Positions 1 through 10,047 of a stretch of 64,000 nt of DNA are shown here, piece after piece. The translations under genes were made by a program, and so were the position numbers. The first letter of the stretch is position 1. The number at the start of each line of letters is the position of its first letter. The notes under the pieces were generated by a model that saw only the letters and a program-made list of their open reading frames with translations, searched no databases and was not told where the DNA came from. Source of the DNA: an uncultured Planctomycetaceae bacterium (GTDB lineage: Bacteria; Planctomycetota; Planctomycetia; Isosphaerales; Isosphaeraceae); the NCBI GenBank assembly GCA_963833985.1, contig CAWIAD010000002.1:6240001-6304000 (forward strand), in the 5' to 3' direction.

Positions 1-1468
1 CGTCGCTGCTGGACCGCATCCGCAAGTCGAACGTGGTGCAGAGCGAAAGCGGTGGCATCACGCAGCACATCGGCGCTTACCAGGTCGAGTACAACGGCAA
101 GCCCATCACCTTCGTGGACACGCCCGGTCACGAGGCCTTCACGGCCATGCGGGCACGCGGCGCCAACGTGACGGATATCGTCGTGCTGGTGGTTGCCGCC
201 GATGACGGCGTCATGCCCCAGACCGTCGAGGCCATCGCGCATGCCAAGGCCGCCGAGGTGCCGATCGTCGTCGCGCTCAACAAGATCGATCTGCCCAACG
301 CCGACTCGTCGGCGAACGTCAACAAGATCTATGGCGAGCTCTCGCAGCAGGTGCTGCATCCCGTCGAATGGGGCGGCGACATCGAGGTCGTCAAGACCTC
401 GACGGTGACCGGACAGGGGATCTCCGACCTGCTGGCCACGCTCGAGGCGATCGCCGATCTCCACGAGCTGAAGGCCGATCCCAACCGGCCCGCCACCGGT
501 ACGTGCCTCGAGGCTTCGCTCTCGGAGGGGCGCGGTGTGGTGGCGACCGTCCTTGTCCAGGACGGAACCCTGCACGTCGGTGATACCCTCGTCTGCGGCG
601 ACGGCTATGGCCGCGTGCGGGCGCTCTTCGACGACCATGGCCGGTCGATCGACAAGGCCGGGCCCTCCACCCCGGTCGAGATCTCCGGCGTGGACGTCGT
701 GCCGACCGCCGGCGAGACCTTCGCGGTGATCGACGATATCGCCCGCGCCCGCGAGATCGCCGAGGCCCGCCGGCTGCGCACCGCGACGCCGCACAGGCCG
801 AGCGGCAGGCCGTCACGCTGGAAAACCTGTACAGCAAGATGGCCGAGAAGAAGGTCAAGAACCTGAACCTGATCATCAAGGCCGACGTCCAGGGCTCCAT
901 CGAAGCGCTCACCAAGGAACTGGAGAAGCTCGAGAACAACGAGGTGCCGATCCGCATCCTGCTCAAGGGCGTCGGCGGCATCACCGACAGCGATATCCTG
1001 CTGGCCGAGGCCTCCCAGGCCATCGTCATCGGCTTCCGCGTCGCCCCCGACGACCGGGCAATCACCCAGGCCGAGGAAAAAGACATCGAGATCCGCCGCT
1101 ACGACATCATTTATCAGGTGACCGACGACATCAAGAAGGCCGTCGAGGGTCTGCTGGTACCGGAGATCAAGGAAGTTCACCTCGGCCGCGCCGTCGTCCG
1201 CCAGGTCTTCAAGATTTCCAAGGTCGGGGCCGTGGCGGGCTGCTTCGTGACGCAGGGCGTCATCGAACGCGGCGCCAAGGTGCGGCTCATCCGCGAGGGC
1301 CGCGAGATTTACAAGGGCGCGCTCGAGGCGCTCAAACGCTTCAAGGACGACGTCAAGGAGGTTCCCCAGAACTTCGAGTGCGGCATCAAGATCGGCAACT
1401 TTGACGATCTCAAGCCCGACGACGTCATCGAGGCGTACCGAGTCGACGTGATCCGCCGGACCCTGTAA
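1..1468 (+). CDS. infB: Translation initiation factor IF-2, C-terminal part (5' end outside window; apparent frameshift near 780)
   Basis: [26 protein letters not shown] and NKID GTPase motifs in ORF 33..866. IIKADVQGS and [16 protein letters not shown] in ORF 839..1468. The frames switch near 780. Confidence 0.97.
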
Positions 1469-1661
1469 CGGGCCAGGCTCATCGCCAGCGGCGGCGGCCG
1501 GCGGGCCGGCGGACCAGGACCTCTCGCCGTGGTCCACCACCGGCCCCCACCGCGGCATGCAGTGGCTGGCGCTTCGAGCCGTCTGGCGGCCGCCCTATGC
1601 CGGCCGCGGCGCGAGGTTTGCAACCCGCCTGGCACCGGTTGTCCCCGAGGTAGATTCATCC

Positions 1662-2118
1662 ATGTCCGCTCACCGAAACTTGCGTGTGGCCCAGGCGATC
1701 CGCGAGGTCGTGGCCCAGGCCGTCCTCTTCGAGGCCGCCGATCCGCGGATCCACTCCGTCACGGTCCTGCGCGGAGGTATCCGCGGACCTCCGGCATGCA
1801 ACGGTCCACGTGACGGTGATGGGAAACCAGGCGGAACAGGAGGGTGCCCTGCGCGGGCTCAAGCATGCCGCCGGTTTTTTTCAGTCGAAAGTCGCCGACC
1901 GCCTGCAAACTCGCTACACTCCGCTATTGACATTCAAACTCGATGACAGCGTCAAGAAATCGGTCGAGATGAGCCGGCTCATCGCCGAGGCCGTGGCGTC
2001 CGACCGCAAGCCCGCCGCCGCTGAGGACGCGCCCGAGGGCCCGGCTGAGGACGCCGGTGAGGCCGACGAGAACCCGCACGACCGTCCTCACAACGAGGCT
2101 CCTCCTGCGTCCTCCTGA
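1662..2118 (+). CDS. rbfA: Ribosome-binding factor A (apparent frameshift near 1770)
   Basis: MSAHRNLRVAQAIREVVA..DPRIHSVTVLR continues in another frame as AEVSADLRHATVHV..RYTPLLTFKLDDS. Canonical position after infB. Confidence 0.93.
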
Positions 2119-2220
2119 AAACCGCCCGGAGCCAGACGCCGATCCCGGTCCTCCGGACCTGCCGGACCCTCTGAAATTCCTACCATTCCCAGACCCTGTT
2201 CTTTTGTGATAACGAGTCTC

Positions 2221-3147
2221 ATGGCGACACAAAGTAAGTCTCAGTTCCTGACCGACGTCCATGCTCAGCTGAAACGGCGGTACAAGCCCCGGCCCGATCG
2301 CAACGCCGTTCGACTGAGCGTGCTGGAAGCCGTGGTTTATGGGATCTGCCACGAGGATGCCACCCGCGAGCAGGCCAACCAGGCGCTCTCCCGGTTCAAG
2401 GACCAATTCTTCGACTGGAACGAGGTCCGCGTCAGCCCGATTGCTGAAATCTCCGAGGCGCTCGCCGACATCCCCGACCCGCGCAGCCGGGCCGAACGGA
2501 TCCGCCGCTTCCTGCGCCAGCTCTTCTCCAAGACGTATGGCTTCACGCTCGAGCCGCTCACCAAGAAGCCGCTCAAGGAAGCGCTCAAGGTCCTGCACGC
2601 CTACGAAGCGTTCACCTCCGACTACGTCACCGCGACGGTGATCCAGCAAGCACTGGGCGGTCATGCAATTCCCGTCGATTCGGCCACGCGTCGGGCACTT
2701 CAGCGGCTGGGCATCGCCGAGAACGACCTGTCATCGCTCCGCGCGACTCTCGAACGAGCGGTCCCCAAGAACCGCGGTGCCGAGTTCCTCGAAATGCTCG
2801 AGGAGCTTGCCCACGATACCTGCGTGGAGAGCGATCCGGATTGCCCCCGTTGCGAACTGCGGAAGATCTGCACGTTCGCTCTGACACGCAAGAGCGAAGC
2901 AGCCCGCGCGGTCCAGGCGGCCGCAAAGGCCGCGGCAAAGGCCGCCGCCGAGGCCCGGAAGGCACCCAAGAAACCGTCCAGGGACGGTTCCAAGGACCGC
3001 CCCGCCCCTGCCCCTGCTCCTGTGCCTGCCCCTGCTCCTGCGCCAAGCCCTGCCGTCCATGCCAGCTCGGCCACCAGTAAAGCAGCTCCCAAGCAGGCCG
3101 CTCCCGTCCCCAAGTCTCCGCCCGGCAAGCGAAGCACAGGCAAGTAA
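2221..3147 (+). CDS. Endonuclease III-like (HhH-GPD) protein with 4Fe-4S motif and Ala/Lys/Pro-rich tail
   Basis: FFDWNEVR, AIPVD and C-x6-C-x2-C-x5-C (CVESDPDCPRCELRKIC). Low-complexity C-terminus. Confidence 0.8.
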   Translation: MATQSKSQFLTDVHAQLKRRYKPRPDRNAVRLSVLEAVVYGICHEDATREQANQALSRFKDQFFDWNEVRVSPIAEISEALADIPDPRSRAERIRRFLRQLFSKTYGFTLEPLTKKPLKEALKVLHAYEAFTSDYVTATVIQQALGGHAIPVDSATRRALQRLGIAENDLSSLRATLERAVPKNRGAEFLEMLEELAHDTCVESDPDCPRCELRKICTFALTRKSEAARAVQAAAKAAAKAAAEARKAPKKPSRDGSKDRPAPAPAPVPAPAPAPSPAVHASSATSKAAPKQAAPVPKSPPGKRSTGK

Positions 3148-3312
3148 GCCGCCTCGAGCCGCCATGCGCGTCAAATTTTTTTGTTTGTTAACCTAGACAG
3201 ACGGTCGCCCCTGCCTAAAACACAAGCGGCATGTGGCGGCCGTCTTTTTTGCGTGTGCATGAAAGCAGTCGTCATGGGTCTGATTTCGTTTTTACGACTT
3301 TGGAGAATGACC

Positions 3313-3795
3313 ATGCGTACGCTTCTGGGACTCGTGGCTGCTTTTGCCCTGGCCGCCCCGGCCGTTGCCGCCGAAAAGGACATCGTGGATACCGCGGTCG
3401 CCGCGGGCTCGTTCAAGACACTGGTCGCCGCGGTCAAGGCCGCCGACCTGGTGGACACGCTCAAGGGTGAAGGGCCATTCACCGTCATGGCCCCGACCGA
3501 CGAGGCGTTCGCGAAGCTTCCCGAGGGGACCGTCGAGAGCCTGCTCAAGCCCGAGAACAAGGACAAGCTGATTGCCGTGCTCAAGTACCACGTCATCCCC
3601 GGCAAGGTGCTCGCGGCTGACGTGGTCAAGCTTGACGGCCAGGACGTGAAGACCGCGCAGGGGAGCACGGCGAAGATCGGAGTCAAGGACGGCGGCGTGA
3701 TGATCAACAACGCCAGGGTCGTGAAGACCGACATCGAGTGCAGCAACGGCGTGATCCACGTCATCGACACCGTGATCCTGCCGCCCGCTCAGTGA
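3313..3795 (+). CDS. Fasciclin (FAS1) domain secreted protein
   Basis: Signal peptide; [48 protein letters not shown]. Confidence 0.95.
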   Translation: MRTLLGLVAAFALAAPAVAAEKDIVDTAVAAGSFKTLVAAVKAADLVDTLKGEGPFTVMAPTDEAFAKLPEGTVESLLKPENKDKLIAVLKYHVIPGKVLAADVVKLDGQDVKTAQGSTAKIGVKDGGVMINNARVVKTDIECSNGVIHVIDTVILPPAQ

Positions 3796-3844
3796 GCTGT
3801 GGCCTCGGCATGATCGCCGCGACGATTCGAAACGCTGATTGACC

Positions 3845-3891
3845 GACCGCAGCCTGCCGGGATCTTTTTCCGGTCGGCCGCGGTCGTTTTC
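3845..3891 (+). terminator. Possible intrinsic terminator after the fasciclin gene
   Basis: Imperfect GC-rich hairpin gaccgcagcc...ggccgcggtc followed by gttttc. Confidence 0.4.
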
Positions 3892-4010
3892 GTTGCCGGT
3901 TGCCGGAAACGCGCCGCGGATCGCACGGACACGCCCCTTGCCCGTAAGGTTTCGGTCGCTATGGACACACGCGATCAGTCGCATGGCAAATGAAGGCGGG
4001 GCGTGAGCAA

Positions 4011-4052
4011 CGATGCCACAGTCATGGAAAGAGTTCCATGACTGTGGCATCG
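4011..4052. repeat. Perfect 19-bp inverted repeat with 4-nt loop
   Basis: cgatgccacagtcatggaa-agag-ttccatgactgtggcatcg, between convergent genes. Confidence 0.9.
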
Positions 4053-4151
4053 CAATCGGAAGCCTTCAAGGCTGGGTGGCCGCGATTTCAGGGAGTCTGA
4101 GCCCTCGACAGTCCCGTCCACTCGAGAAAGTCCGGGTCCAGATTCCTTCGC

Positions 4152-5315
4152 TCACGGGTTTTTTTGTCGGCCGACAGTGAGCGTGATGGGCTTGTTATCT
4201 TGCGTCTTGAATCTCGAGCGGAGTTCGAATCCATCGGGGATCGAGGCGTATTCGAACAAGCCGCCGACGTTGGGGTCAGGATGATCCTTCAAGACGTCGC
4301 GGCCACCGAGCTGGACAGCGAGGGCTGCCATCAAAAGGGCGCGGCGTGCCTCGATCCGAGCTTCGGCGCGTCGCACGTTGGCGAGCGCCGGAAAGAAAAC
4401 CTTGTAGACCGGGTTGGCGGTTTGCTTCACCGCCTCATTTTCGAATTCCTTCTCGAATTGATCCAGCGGCTGGCTCAGCAGCTGGATGCTCCGCTTGTAG
4501 CTCGCCCGCGTCGCCTCAGCGAGACGGAGCACGCCCTCCGGGGTGCCTCCACATTCCTCGATGAATGCGCGGGCTTTGTTGGCGGAACCGCGGCGTTGCC
4601 CCTCGGGTTCGTTGTTGATGAAGTCGAGCGCCTTCACGAGGCTCTCGGCGTCTTTCGCTCCTTTGACCTGGCGAATGAACCAGTCGAGCAGGAACGTTTC
4701 CTCGGTCTCCGTCGCCATGGCCGTGTTCATGCCCGCAGGCAGCGCGGCCAGGCGCATCCTCAGGCCTTTGATGAGCCCGGCATCGAGCTTGGACAGGTCG
4801 TGAGCGAGCGTCTCGATCGCCACGTGTTCTATCGCGTACCCGACGAGCAGCATGATATTCGTGCCGGTCAGCGACATGTGCCGGCCCAGGGTCATGGCGG
4901 CAACAATGTCGTCCACGGCCTGGTCGTTCTTGCCTTCCTCGAATCGGATGCGAGCGCGAAGGCAGGCGAGTGCGGCCAGGACCCGTGACGCCGGCGCCTG
5001 GGGGAATCTGACATAAATGCCCTCCTCCGGACTGACGCCCCAGTCACAACTTCGCTGTGCGGCCCCTTCGTGCAACATGGTCAGCGCGTAGTCCGCCTGG
5101 GCCACGAGCTGTCGGGCCTGATCGTCCAGGGGCGAAGTCAGGTACTCGTGGATTTTCGCTTGCTCGGCGTCCGTGAATTTGGGAAGTGTCGAAAACGCCT
5201 GCCAGTACTTGAGGGCGGCGTTTCCCGCTGAACCGGGAGGGCCATCGGCCGACGCGGACGTCATCGGTAGTGTGAAGGCCACCATTGCGAAACACAGTGT
5301 GCGCAGCATGAGCAA
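4152..5315 (-). CDS. Secreted helical hypothetical protein, third gene of ECF locus
   Basis: 387-aa ORF with signal peptide (..TSASA-D) and NAALKYWQAF. Same strand as the sigma and anti-sigma genes. Confidence 0.8.
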   Translation of the reverse strand: MLMLRTLCFAMVAFTLPMTSASADGPPGSAGNAALKYWQAFSTLPKFTDAEQAKIHEYLTSPLDDQARQLVAQADYALTMLHEGAAQRSCDWGVSPEEGIYVRFPQAPASRVLAALACLRARIRFEEGKNDQAVDDIVAAMTLGRHMSLTGTNIMLLVGYAIEHVAIETLAHDLSKLDAGLIKGLRMRLAALPAGMNTAMATETEETFLLDWFIRQVKGAKDAESLVKALDFINNEPEGQRRGSANKARAFIEECGGTPEGVLRLAEATRASYKRSIQLLSQPLDQFEKEFENEAVKQTANPVYKVFFPALANVRRAEARIEARRALLMAALAVQLGGRDVLKDHPDPNVGGLFEYASIPDGFELRSRFKTQDNKPITLTVGRQKNP

Positions 5316-5371
5316 TACCTCAAAATCAAAAGGTTCGGACGATCCAGGTCAGAAGAAAAGAATTCGCTCGG

Positions 5372-5806
5372 TTATTCGAGCAGATCTGCGGGAATCGAGG
5401 TTGAGGCGCGCGGTATGGCGGTCTCAACAAGAGGCCAGGTGAACGCAGGAAGCTTCTCCTCATCGGACAATCGTGGATCTTCCCGCCGGACGGCTATGCT
5501 GATGGAGTCAAAGGCCGGCCGACGAGCGGCTGGTTGCCGAGGCCCACTGTCGACGGGGACTGTTGGCTCCTTCTTGCCATGACTCGGATGCCACGCAAGC
5601 ACGGCGATCACGCAGGCGGCAGATGCAAGGCCGATCATGGTAGCCCTGACGGCCCAGCGCCGCGGCGCGATCGGTCTGGCACCTGGTACGGTTGCCAGCA
5701 ATAGGGCTTCCAGATGAGCAGGTACGGAGGGCTGGGGCAGCGAACGCAGCTGCGCTTTCAGCACTTCTCTCGTGCGGTCAAGGTGGGGAGACTCATCGGA
5801 TCGCAT
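5372..5806 (-). CDS. Putative single-TM anti-sigma factor
   Basis: Overlaps the 3' end of the ECF gene. LRSLPQPSVP..LEALLL, then one hydrophobic helix. Confidence 0.65.
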   Translation of the reverse strand: MRSDESPHLDRTREVLKAQLRSLPQPSVPAHLEALLLATVPGARPIAPRRWAVRATMIGLASAACVIAVLAWHPSHGKKEPTVPVDSGPRQPAARRPAFDSISIAVRREDPRLSDEEKLPAFTWPLVETAIPRASTSIPADLLE

Positions 5807-6353
5807 GATCAGAGACCTCCTCGTTCAGCACAGTTCGCAAGCGCTCCAGGGCCTCGGAAGTTCGCCATTTCACGGTACCGATCGGTTCCTGAAGCACCAT
5901 GGCCATATCGCGATAGCTCAGTCCCTGTAGATAATGTAGCGCCAGCACGGTTCGCTGCGGGGGGGCAAGTTCATCAAGGGCCCGGTACAGGTGCCTGGAC
6001 TCGTCGCCCGCCATCGCCGTCTCAACTGGGTCGCTCGGCGGGACCGCCTGGCTCGAGAGCCGCCGGAGCATCCCGGTCGTTCGCTGCTGCAATCGCCGGC
6101 TATCGACGAATTTCGTGTAGGCGATCCGGTACAGCCAGGTCGCCAGGGTCGCCCGTCCCTGGAACGCGGCGATTTTCTCCCAGGCGGAGATGAACGTCTC
6201 CTGCGTGAGGTCTTCGGCCTGGTGAACGTCTCCCGTCAGGTGAACCAGCAACCGATAGACCTTTTGGTAATGCAAGCGAATCAGCTCGGCACACGCCCCC
6301 GGTCGGCCGCAACGCAGATTGCTCAACAAGCGTTCTTCCCCCGGTTCCCTCAC
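5793..6353 (-). CDS. ECF RNA polymerase sigma factor
   Basis: AEDLTQETF..W, TWLYRIA (region 2); LHYLQGLSYRDMA..PIGTVKWR (region 4). Probable GTG start. Confidence 0.95.
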   Translation of the reverse strand: MREPGEERLLSNLRCGRPGACAELIRLHYQKVYRLLVHLTGDVHQAEDLTQETFISAWEKIAAFQGRATLATWLYRIAYTKFVDSRRLQQRTTGMLRRLSSQAVPPSDPVETAMAGDESRHLYRALDELAPPQRTVLALHYLQGLSYRDMAMVLQEPIGTVKWRTSEALERLRTVLNEEVSDHAIR

Positions 6354-6876
6354 GCGTTCTCCCCCGGCACAAAAGCGCTGCAAGCCCGCCTTCTACCTCA
6401 TTGGACGAATCGGACTGCCAAGGTGTTGGCGCAATCGGCGAAGGTACGCCAGGAATCCCCCGCAAAGCGAACGGCCGGCCGGGTCACCCAGGCGGGCTGG
6501 GCGGCCAGATGGCGAACACGCACGCGATGCACCCGTGAGTCACGCATCCGACCGTGGCGCTCGGCTCGGATCGACGCGGGTCTCCGCACGAGCGTGCTGG
6601 GCCGTGAGGTCTTCCGGGCAAGGACGGATCTATCACTGAATGTAGAGCGACGGACCGCACCGATGGCACTGTGTCAGGCCCCGGATCTACCAGATGCACC
6701 AGAGGGCTTGCTCGCAACTCTCGATCTCGTGCCTTCGCTCGGCAGCCAGCGAGATCATTGATGTTCGAAAGCCCCTGACGCCATCATGACCGTGAATCCG
6801 GCGAACCCAGTGGCCGCAACCAAAGGCAGGGCTCAACCGTTCGTTTGTGCAGCATCCAGAATAGATTTCTGGGCGA

Positions 6877-6903
6877 TGTAGAGAACCAGGAGGTTGCTCC
6901 GAC
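6877..6903 (+). promoter_or_regulatory. Putative ECF42-type autoregulatory promoter
   Basis: TGTAGA-N17-CGAC about 50 bp upstream of the YciI/DGPF gene. Resembles the ECF42 consensus TGTCGA...CG(A/T)C as recalled. Confidence 0.55.
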
Positions 6904-6955
6904 TACACGGTGGAGATTAACCCCGCTGCATGCCGAATCGAAAGGAGCGCAATCC

Positions 6956-7348
6956 ATGAAGTACATGCTGCTGATGTCGGGCACGAAGGCGGATTTCGAT
7001 TGGTACGCCGAGTGGTCCCAGGACGAACTCCAAACGCACTTCGCTTTCATGCACACTTTCAACAAGGAACTCAAGGCCTCGGGCGTATTCGTCGCGGCCG
7101 AAGGTCTGGGGTTCCCGGATCAGGCCAGGATCGTTCGCGCGGGAAGTGACGGGGCTCCGGTCACCGATGGGGTTTTTCCGGAAGCGAAAGAATTCCTCGC
7201 GGGATTCTGGATCGTGGACGTGGAAGGCCCGGAGCAGGCTTACGAGCTTGCCGCGCGGGTGTCGGCGGCGCCCGGGAACAGGTCCCGAGGCAATCAACCG
7301 ATCGAGGTTCGGCAAGTGATGAGCGGCCCACCGGAACCATCGCAGTGA
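6956..7348 (+). CDS. YciI/DGPF family protein
   Basis: MKYMLL, VTDGVFPEAKEFLAGFWIVDV, IEVR. RBS aaaggag. Confidence 0.92.
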   Translation: MKYMLLMSGTKADFDWYAEWSQDELQTHFAFMHTFNKELKASGVFVAAEGLGFPDQARIVRAGSDGAPVTDGVFPEAKEFLAGFWIVDVEGPEQAYELAARVSAAPGNRSRGNQPIEVRQVMSGPPEPSQ

Positions 7349-8601
7349 CAGGACAAACCGGGAATAGTCCAGTCGAGCACCTGCTGCGGGAATTGACGCC
7401 GCAGGTGCTCGGAACCGTGGTCCGAAGATTTCGCGACTTCGCCGCGGCGGAAGATGCCGTTCAGGAGGCTTCGCTTGCCGCGGCAATGCAGTGGCCACGC
7501 GAAGGTCTTCCGGACAACCCTCGCGCATGGCTGACGCACGCCGCGTTCCGGCGTATGGCCGACCACATTCGCAGTGAATCGGCGCGCCGGCGTCGCGAGA
7601 CCACGGTTGCTTTGGAGGCCGCGCTCACCCAAGAACCGACGGACATCGAAGCTTCGCCGCGGGAAGATGACACGTTAACACTTCTGTTTATGTGCTGCCA
7701 TCCCGCATTGAGCCCGACTACGGCGATCACACTGACATTGCGGGCGGTGGGCGGCTTGACCACGGCGGAGATCGCCCGCGCGTTTCTGGTGCCCGAAGCT
7801 ACCATGGCCCAGCGAACCAGCCGGGCCAAGCAAAGTATCAAGACCTCCGGCATTCCATTCCAGTTGCCGACCACCGAGGAACGGGCGCACCGCCTGCGCG
7901 CTGTTCTCCACGTCCTGTACCTCATCTTCAACGAAGGCTACTCAAGCAGCGTCGGTTCCGAGCTGCGTCGAGGCGAGTTGTCGAATGAGGCGATTCGCCT
8001 GACGCGAACTGTCCACAACCTGCAACCGGACGACACGGAGGTCGCGGGATTGCTCGCCCTCATGCTGTTGACCGATGCTCGCCGCGTTGCGCGAACCGGC
8101 TCCAAAGGTGAGCTGATCCCGCTCGCTCAGCAAGACAGGAAGCTCTGGGATCGGCAACAGATCGCGGAAGGCATCGCGCTGATCACGGCCACGCTTCCGA
8201 AAGGCTCGGTCGGCCCCTACCAGGTACAGGCCGCCATTGCCGCGGTTCACGATGAAGCGACTCGAGCCCAGGACACTGACTGGCCGCAGATCCTGGCGCT
8301 TTACGAAGTGCTCGGGCGCATGTCCGATAACCCAATGGTCGCGCTCAATCACGCGATCGCGGCGACGATGGTACACGGCGCGTCGAAGGGCCTGGAACTG
8401 CTGGACGCGCTCGAGGCCGACCCGCGCATCGCAGATCATCATCGTATGGACGCCGTCCGCGCACACTTGCTCGAGCTGGCGTCAGACTCCCAGGGCGCCG
8501 TCAGGCACTACCGGCTGGCGGCGAGCAAGACCGGGAGTCTCCCGGAGCGAAATTACCTTCTCATGCAAGCCGCTCGACTCGCTGGTGAACCGAGTCGATG
8601 A
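7345..8601 (+). CDS. ECF42-type sigma factor with C-terminal TPR-like extension
   Basis: AEDAVQEA, LLFMCCHPAL, GGLTTAEIARAFLV, LYLIFNEGY, GPYQVQAAIAAVH, TDWPQI. Coupled to the DGPF gene. Confidence 0.93.
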   Translation: MTGQTGNSPVEHLLRELTPQVLGTVVRRFRDFAAAEDAVQEASLAAAMQWPREGLPDNPRAWLTHAAFRRMADHIRSESARRRRETTVALEAALTQEPTDIEASPREDDTLTLLFMCCHPALSPTTAITLTLRAVGGLTTAEIARAFLVPEATMAQRTSRAKQSIKTSGIPFQLPTTEERAHRLRAVLHVLYLIFNEGYSSSVGSELRRGELSNEAIRLTRTVHNLQPDDTEVAGLLALMLLTDARRVARTGSKGELIPLAQQDRKLWDRQQIAEGIALITATLPKGSVGPYQVQAAIAAVHDEATRAQDTDWPQILALYEVLGRMSDNPMVALNHAIAATMVHGASKGLELLDALEADPRIADHHRMDAVRAHLLELASDSQGAVRHYRLAASKTGSLPERNYLLMQAARLAGEPSR

Positions 8602-8617
8602 TCCAGGGAGCGACATC

Positions 8618-9004
8618 ATGACCTCCAGGCAAAAGCCACCCCAAGACATCGATGAGTATATCGGGCGATTTCCGACCGAGGTCCGGGAGATTCTTGAGCG
8701 GATCAGGACGACGATCCAGACCACGGCGCCCGACGCCGCGGAAACCATCAAGTACGGAATGCCGACGTTCACTCTTGAGGGCAACCTGGTTCACTTTGCT
8801 GCTTTCAAGAAGCATATCGGGTTTTTCCCGCCGACCAGGGGTGATGCGGAATTTCAGAAAGAGGCATCCGTCTATGAAGGGGAAAAGGGCAACCTGAAGT
8901 TTCCGCTTGACGCACCCATCCCTTACGGTTTGATCGGCAAAGCCGTGAAGTTCAGAGTCAAGGAAAACCGGGAGCGTGCCCGAGCAAAAGGAAGCAAGCG
9001 ATGA
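8618..9004 (+). CDS. DUF1801/YdhG-like protein
   Basis: IDEYI..F, ETIKYGMPTF, LVHFAAFKKHIGFFP, KGNLKFPLD.PIPY.LI. Confidence 0.9.
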   Translation: MTSRQKPPQDIDEYIGRFPTEVREILERIRTTIQTTAPDAAETIKYGMPTFTLEGNLVHFAAFKKHIGFFPPTRGDAEFQKEASVYEGEKGNLKFPLDAPIPYGLIGKAVKFRVKENRERARAKGSKR

Positions 9005-9123
9005 CCGGGAATCGGAGCGGCAAGCGCCGGCGCGGGTCTTCGCCTGTCCGGCCGGCAACGAACGTCGCGTACACCGATCAGGAACCAGTGCCAGGTGACC
9101 TCCTTCGGCCACCGATCACGACC

Positions 9124-9801
9124 TCAACGGGCTCGCGCGAGTTCGCGCCGGACCCACCGCCGGAGCGGTCTCGACCAGGATGTCAGGTCACTGGAATCTT
9201 CCTCCAGGATCCAGCGGCGAACCTGGTCCGTATTGACAGAAAGGAACTTGCTCGCGGCCGAGGCCGTGTATCGTCCCCGGGATGTAAGTCGATCGATCCG
9301 CAGTTTCTGGCCATCGAACCGCCAGACCTCGGCGACCTTGAGCGCCGCATAGATTCCGGGGCGATCGATATGTGAAGGTGAGAGATCGACCTCGATGGCC
9401 AGGTCCGGGTCAGGGTAATAGGCCGAGTCGTTCGTTTTTCTTGCCCTGGCCGCCTTCGCTGCCGCGAGCTTATCGGGTCGGAAGTAAAAACACTGGTCAG
9501 CCTCGATGCCCCGATTCACCCCCATGCGCTTCCATGTCGTCTCACCCATGGGCTTGCACGCGATTGCCAGTTCCTCCGCAACCAGTCCCACGAACCTGCC
9601 GAGCAGTTCCTTGAAATCCTCGTGCTCCGGGCCGGTCGTCATGAGCTCGACGTCCCTTCCATCAAAGGCAACGTGCACGCCCGCCCCCTCGGGGATCGAA
9701 TCGACGAGGTACTCGTAGAAGTTCCAGTTCACGCCGGGAATGAGGATCCGCATTTCTCCGGGGACCCTCTGCGCGTCATGTGGAATTGTCGCGACGCTCA
9801 T
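9124..9801 (-). CDS. Uma2 family (PD-(D/E)XK) putative endonuclease
   Basis: ELMTTGPEHE, GIEADQCFY, PDLAIEVDLS, IYAALKVAEVWRFDG. Confidence 0.92.
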   Translation of the reverse strand: MSVATIPHDAQRVPGEMRILIPGVNWNFYEYLVDSIPEGAGVHVAFDGRDVELMTTGPEHEDFKELLGRFVGLVAEELAIACKPMGETTWKRMGVNRGIEADQCFYFRPDKLAAAKAARARKTNDSAYYPDPDLAIEVDLSPSHIDRPGIYAALKVAEVWRFDGQKLRIDRLTSRGRYTASAASKFLSVNTDQVRRWILEEDSSDLTSWSRPLRRWVRRELARAR

Positions 9802-9883
9802 GTTCGTGCCCCGGTGCCGCGTGCCGTGATCCTCTCGCATGTCGAGTCTCATGAAATCGGCCAGTCGATGCAAGCGCTGGGAT

Positions 9884-9989
9884 GAGAACGAAACGGGGAG
9901 AACCAAACAGGCCGGGTGGCCCCGGGAGAGCAATCCCCCGGGTCCACCCGGCCTGTTTCGGCTCCGTCCCGGCTCCCCCCGTTTCGGCT
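9884..9989. repeat. Long imperfect hairpin capped by a GCAA tetraloop
   Basis: aaacaggccgggtgg-c-cccggg...gaGCAAtc...cccggg-t-ccacccggcctgttt plus outer arm cgaaacgggg/ccccgtttcg. Confidence 0.8.
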
Positions 9990-10047
9990 CCTGCATGTGC
10001 CACCCGAAGCGAAGCGGATGTGCATCGCGCATCAGGCGGCTTGGCCG

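Noticed and set aside
770..850. Programmed frameshift or pseudogenisation of infB
   Set aside because: No slippery heptamer seen, the gene is essential, and similar indels occur throughout the window.
3000..3050. Short tandem repeats (also 32260-32310, 58748-58780)
   Set aside because: They encode Pro-Ala or Gly linkers within proteins.
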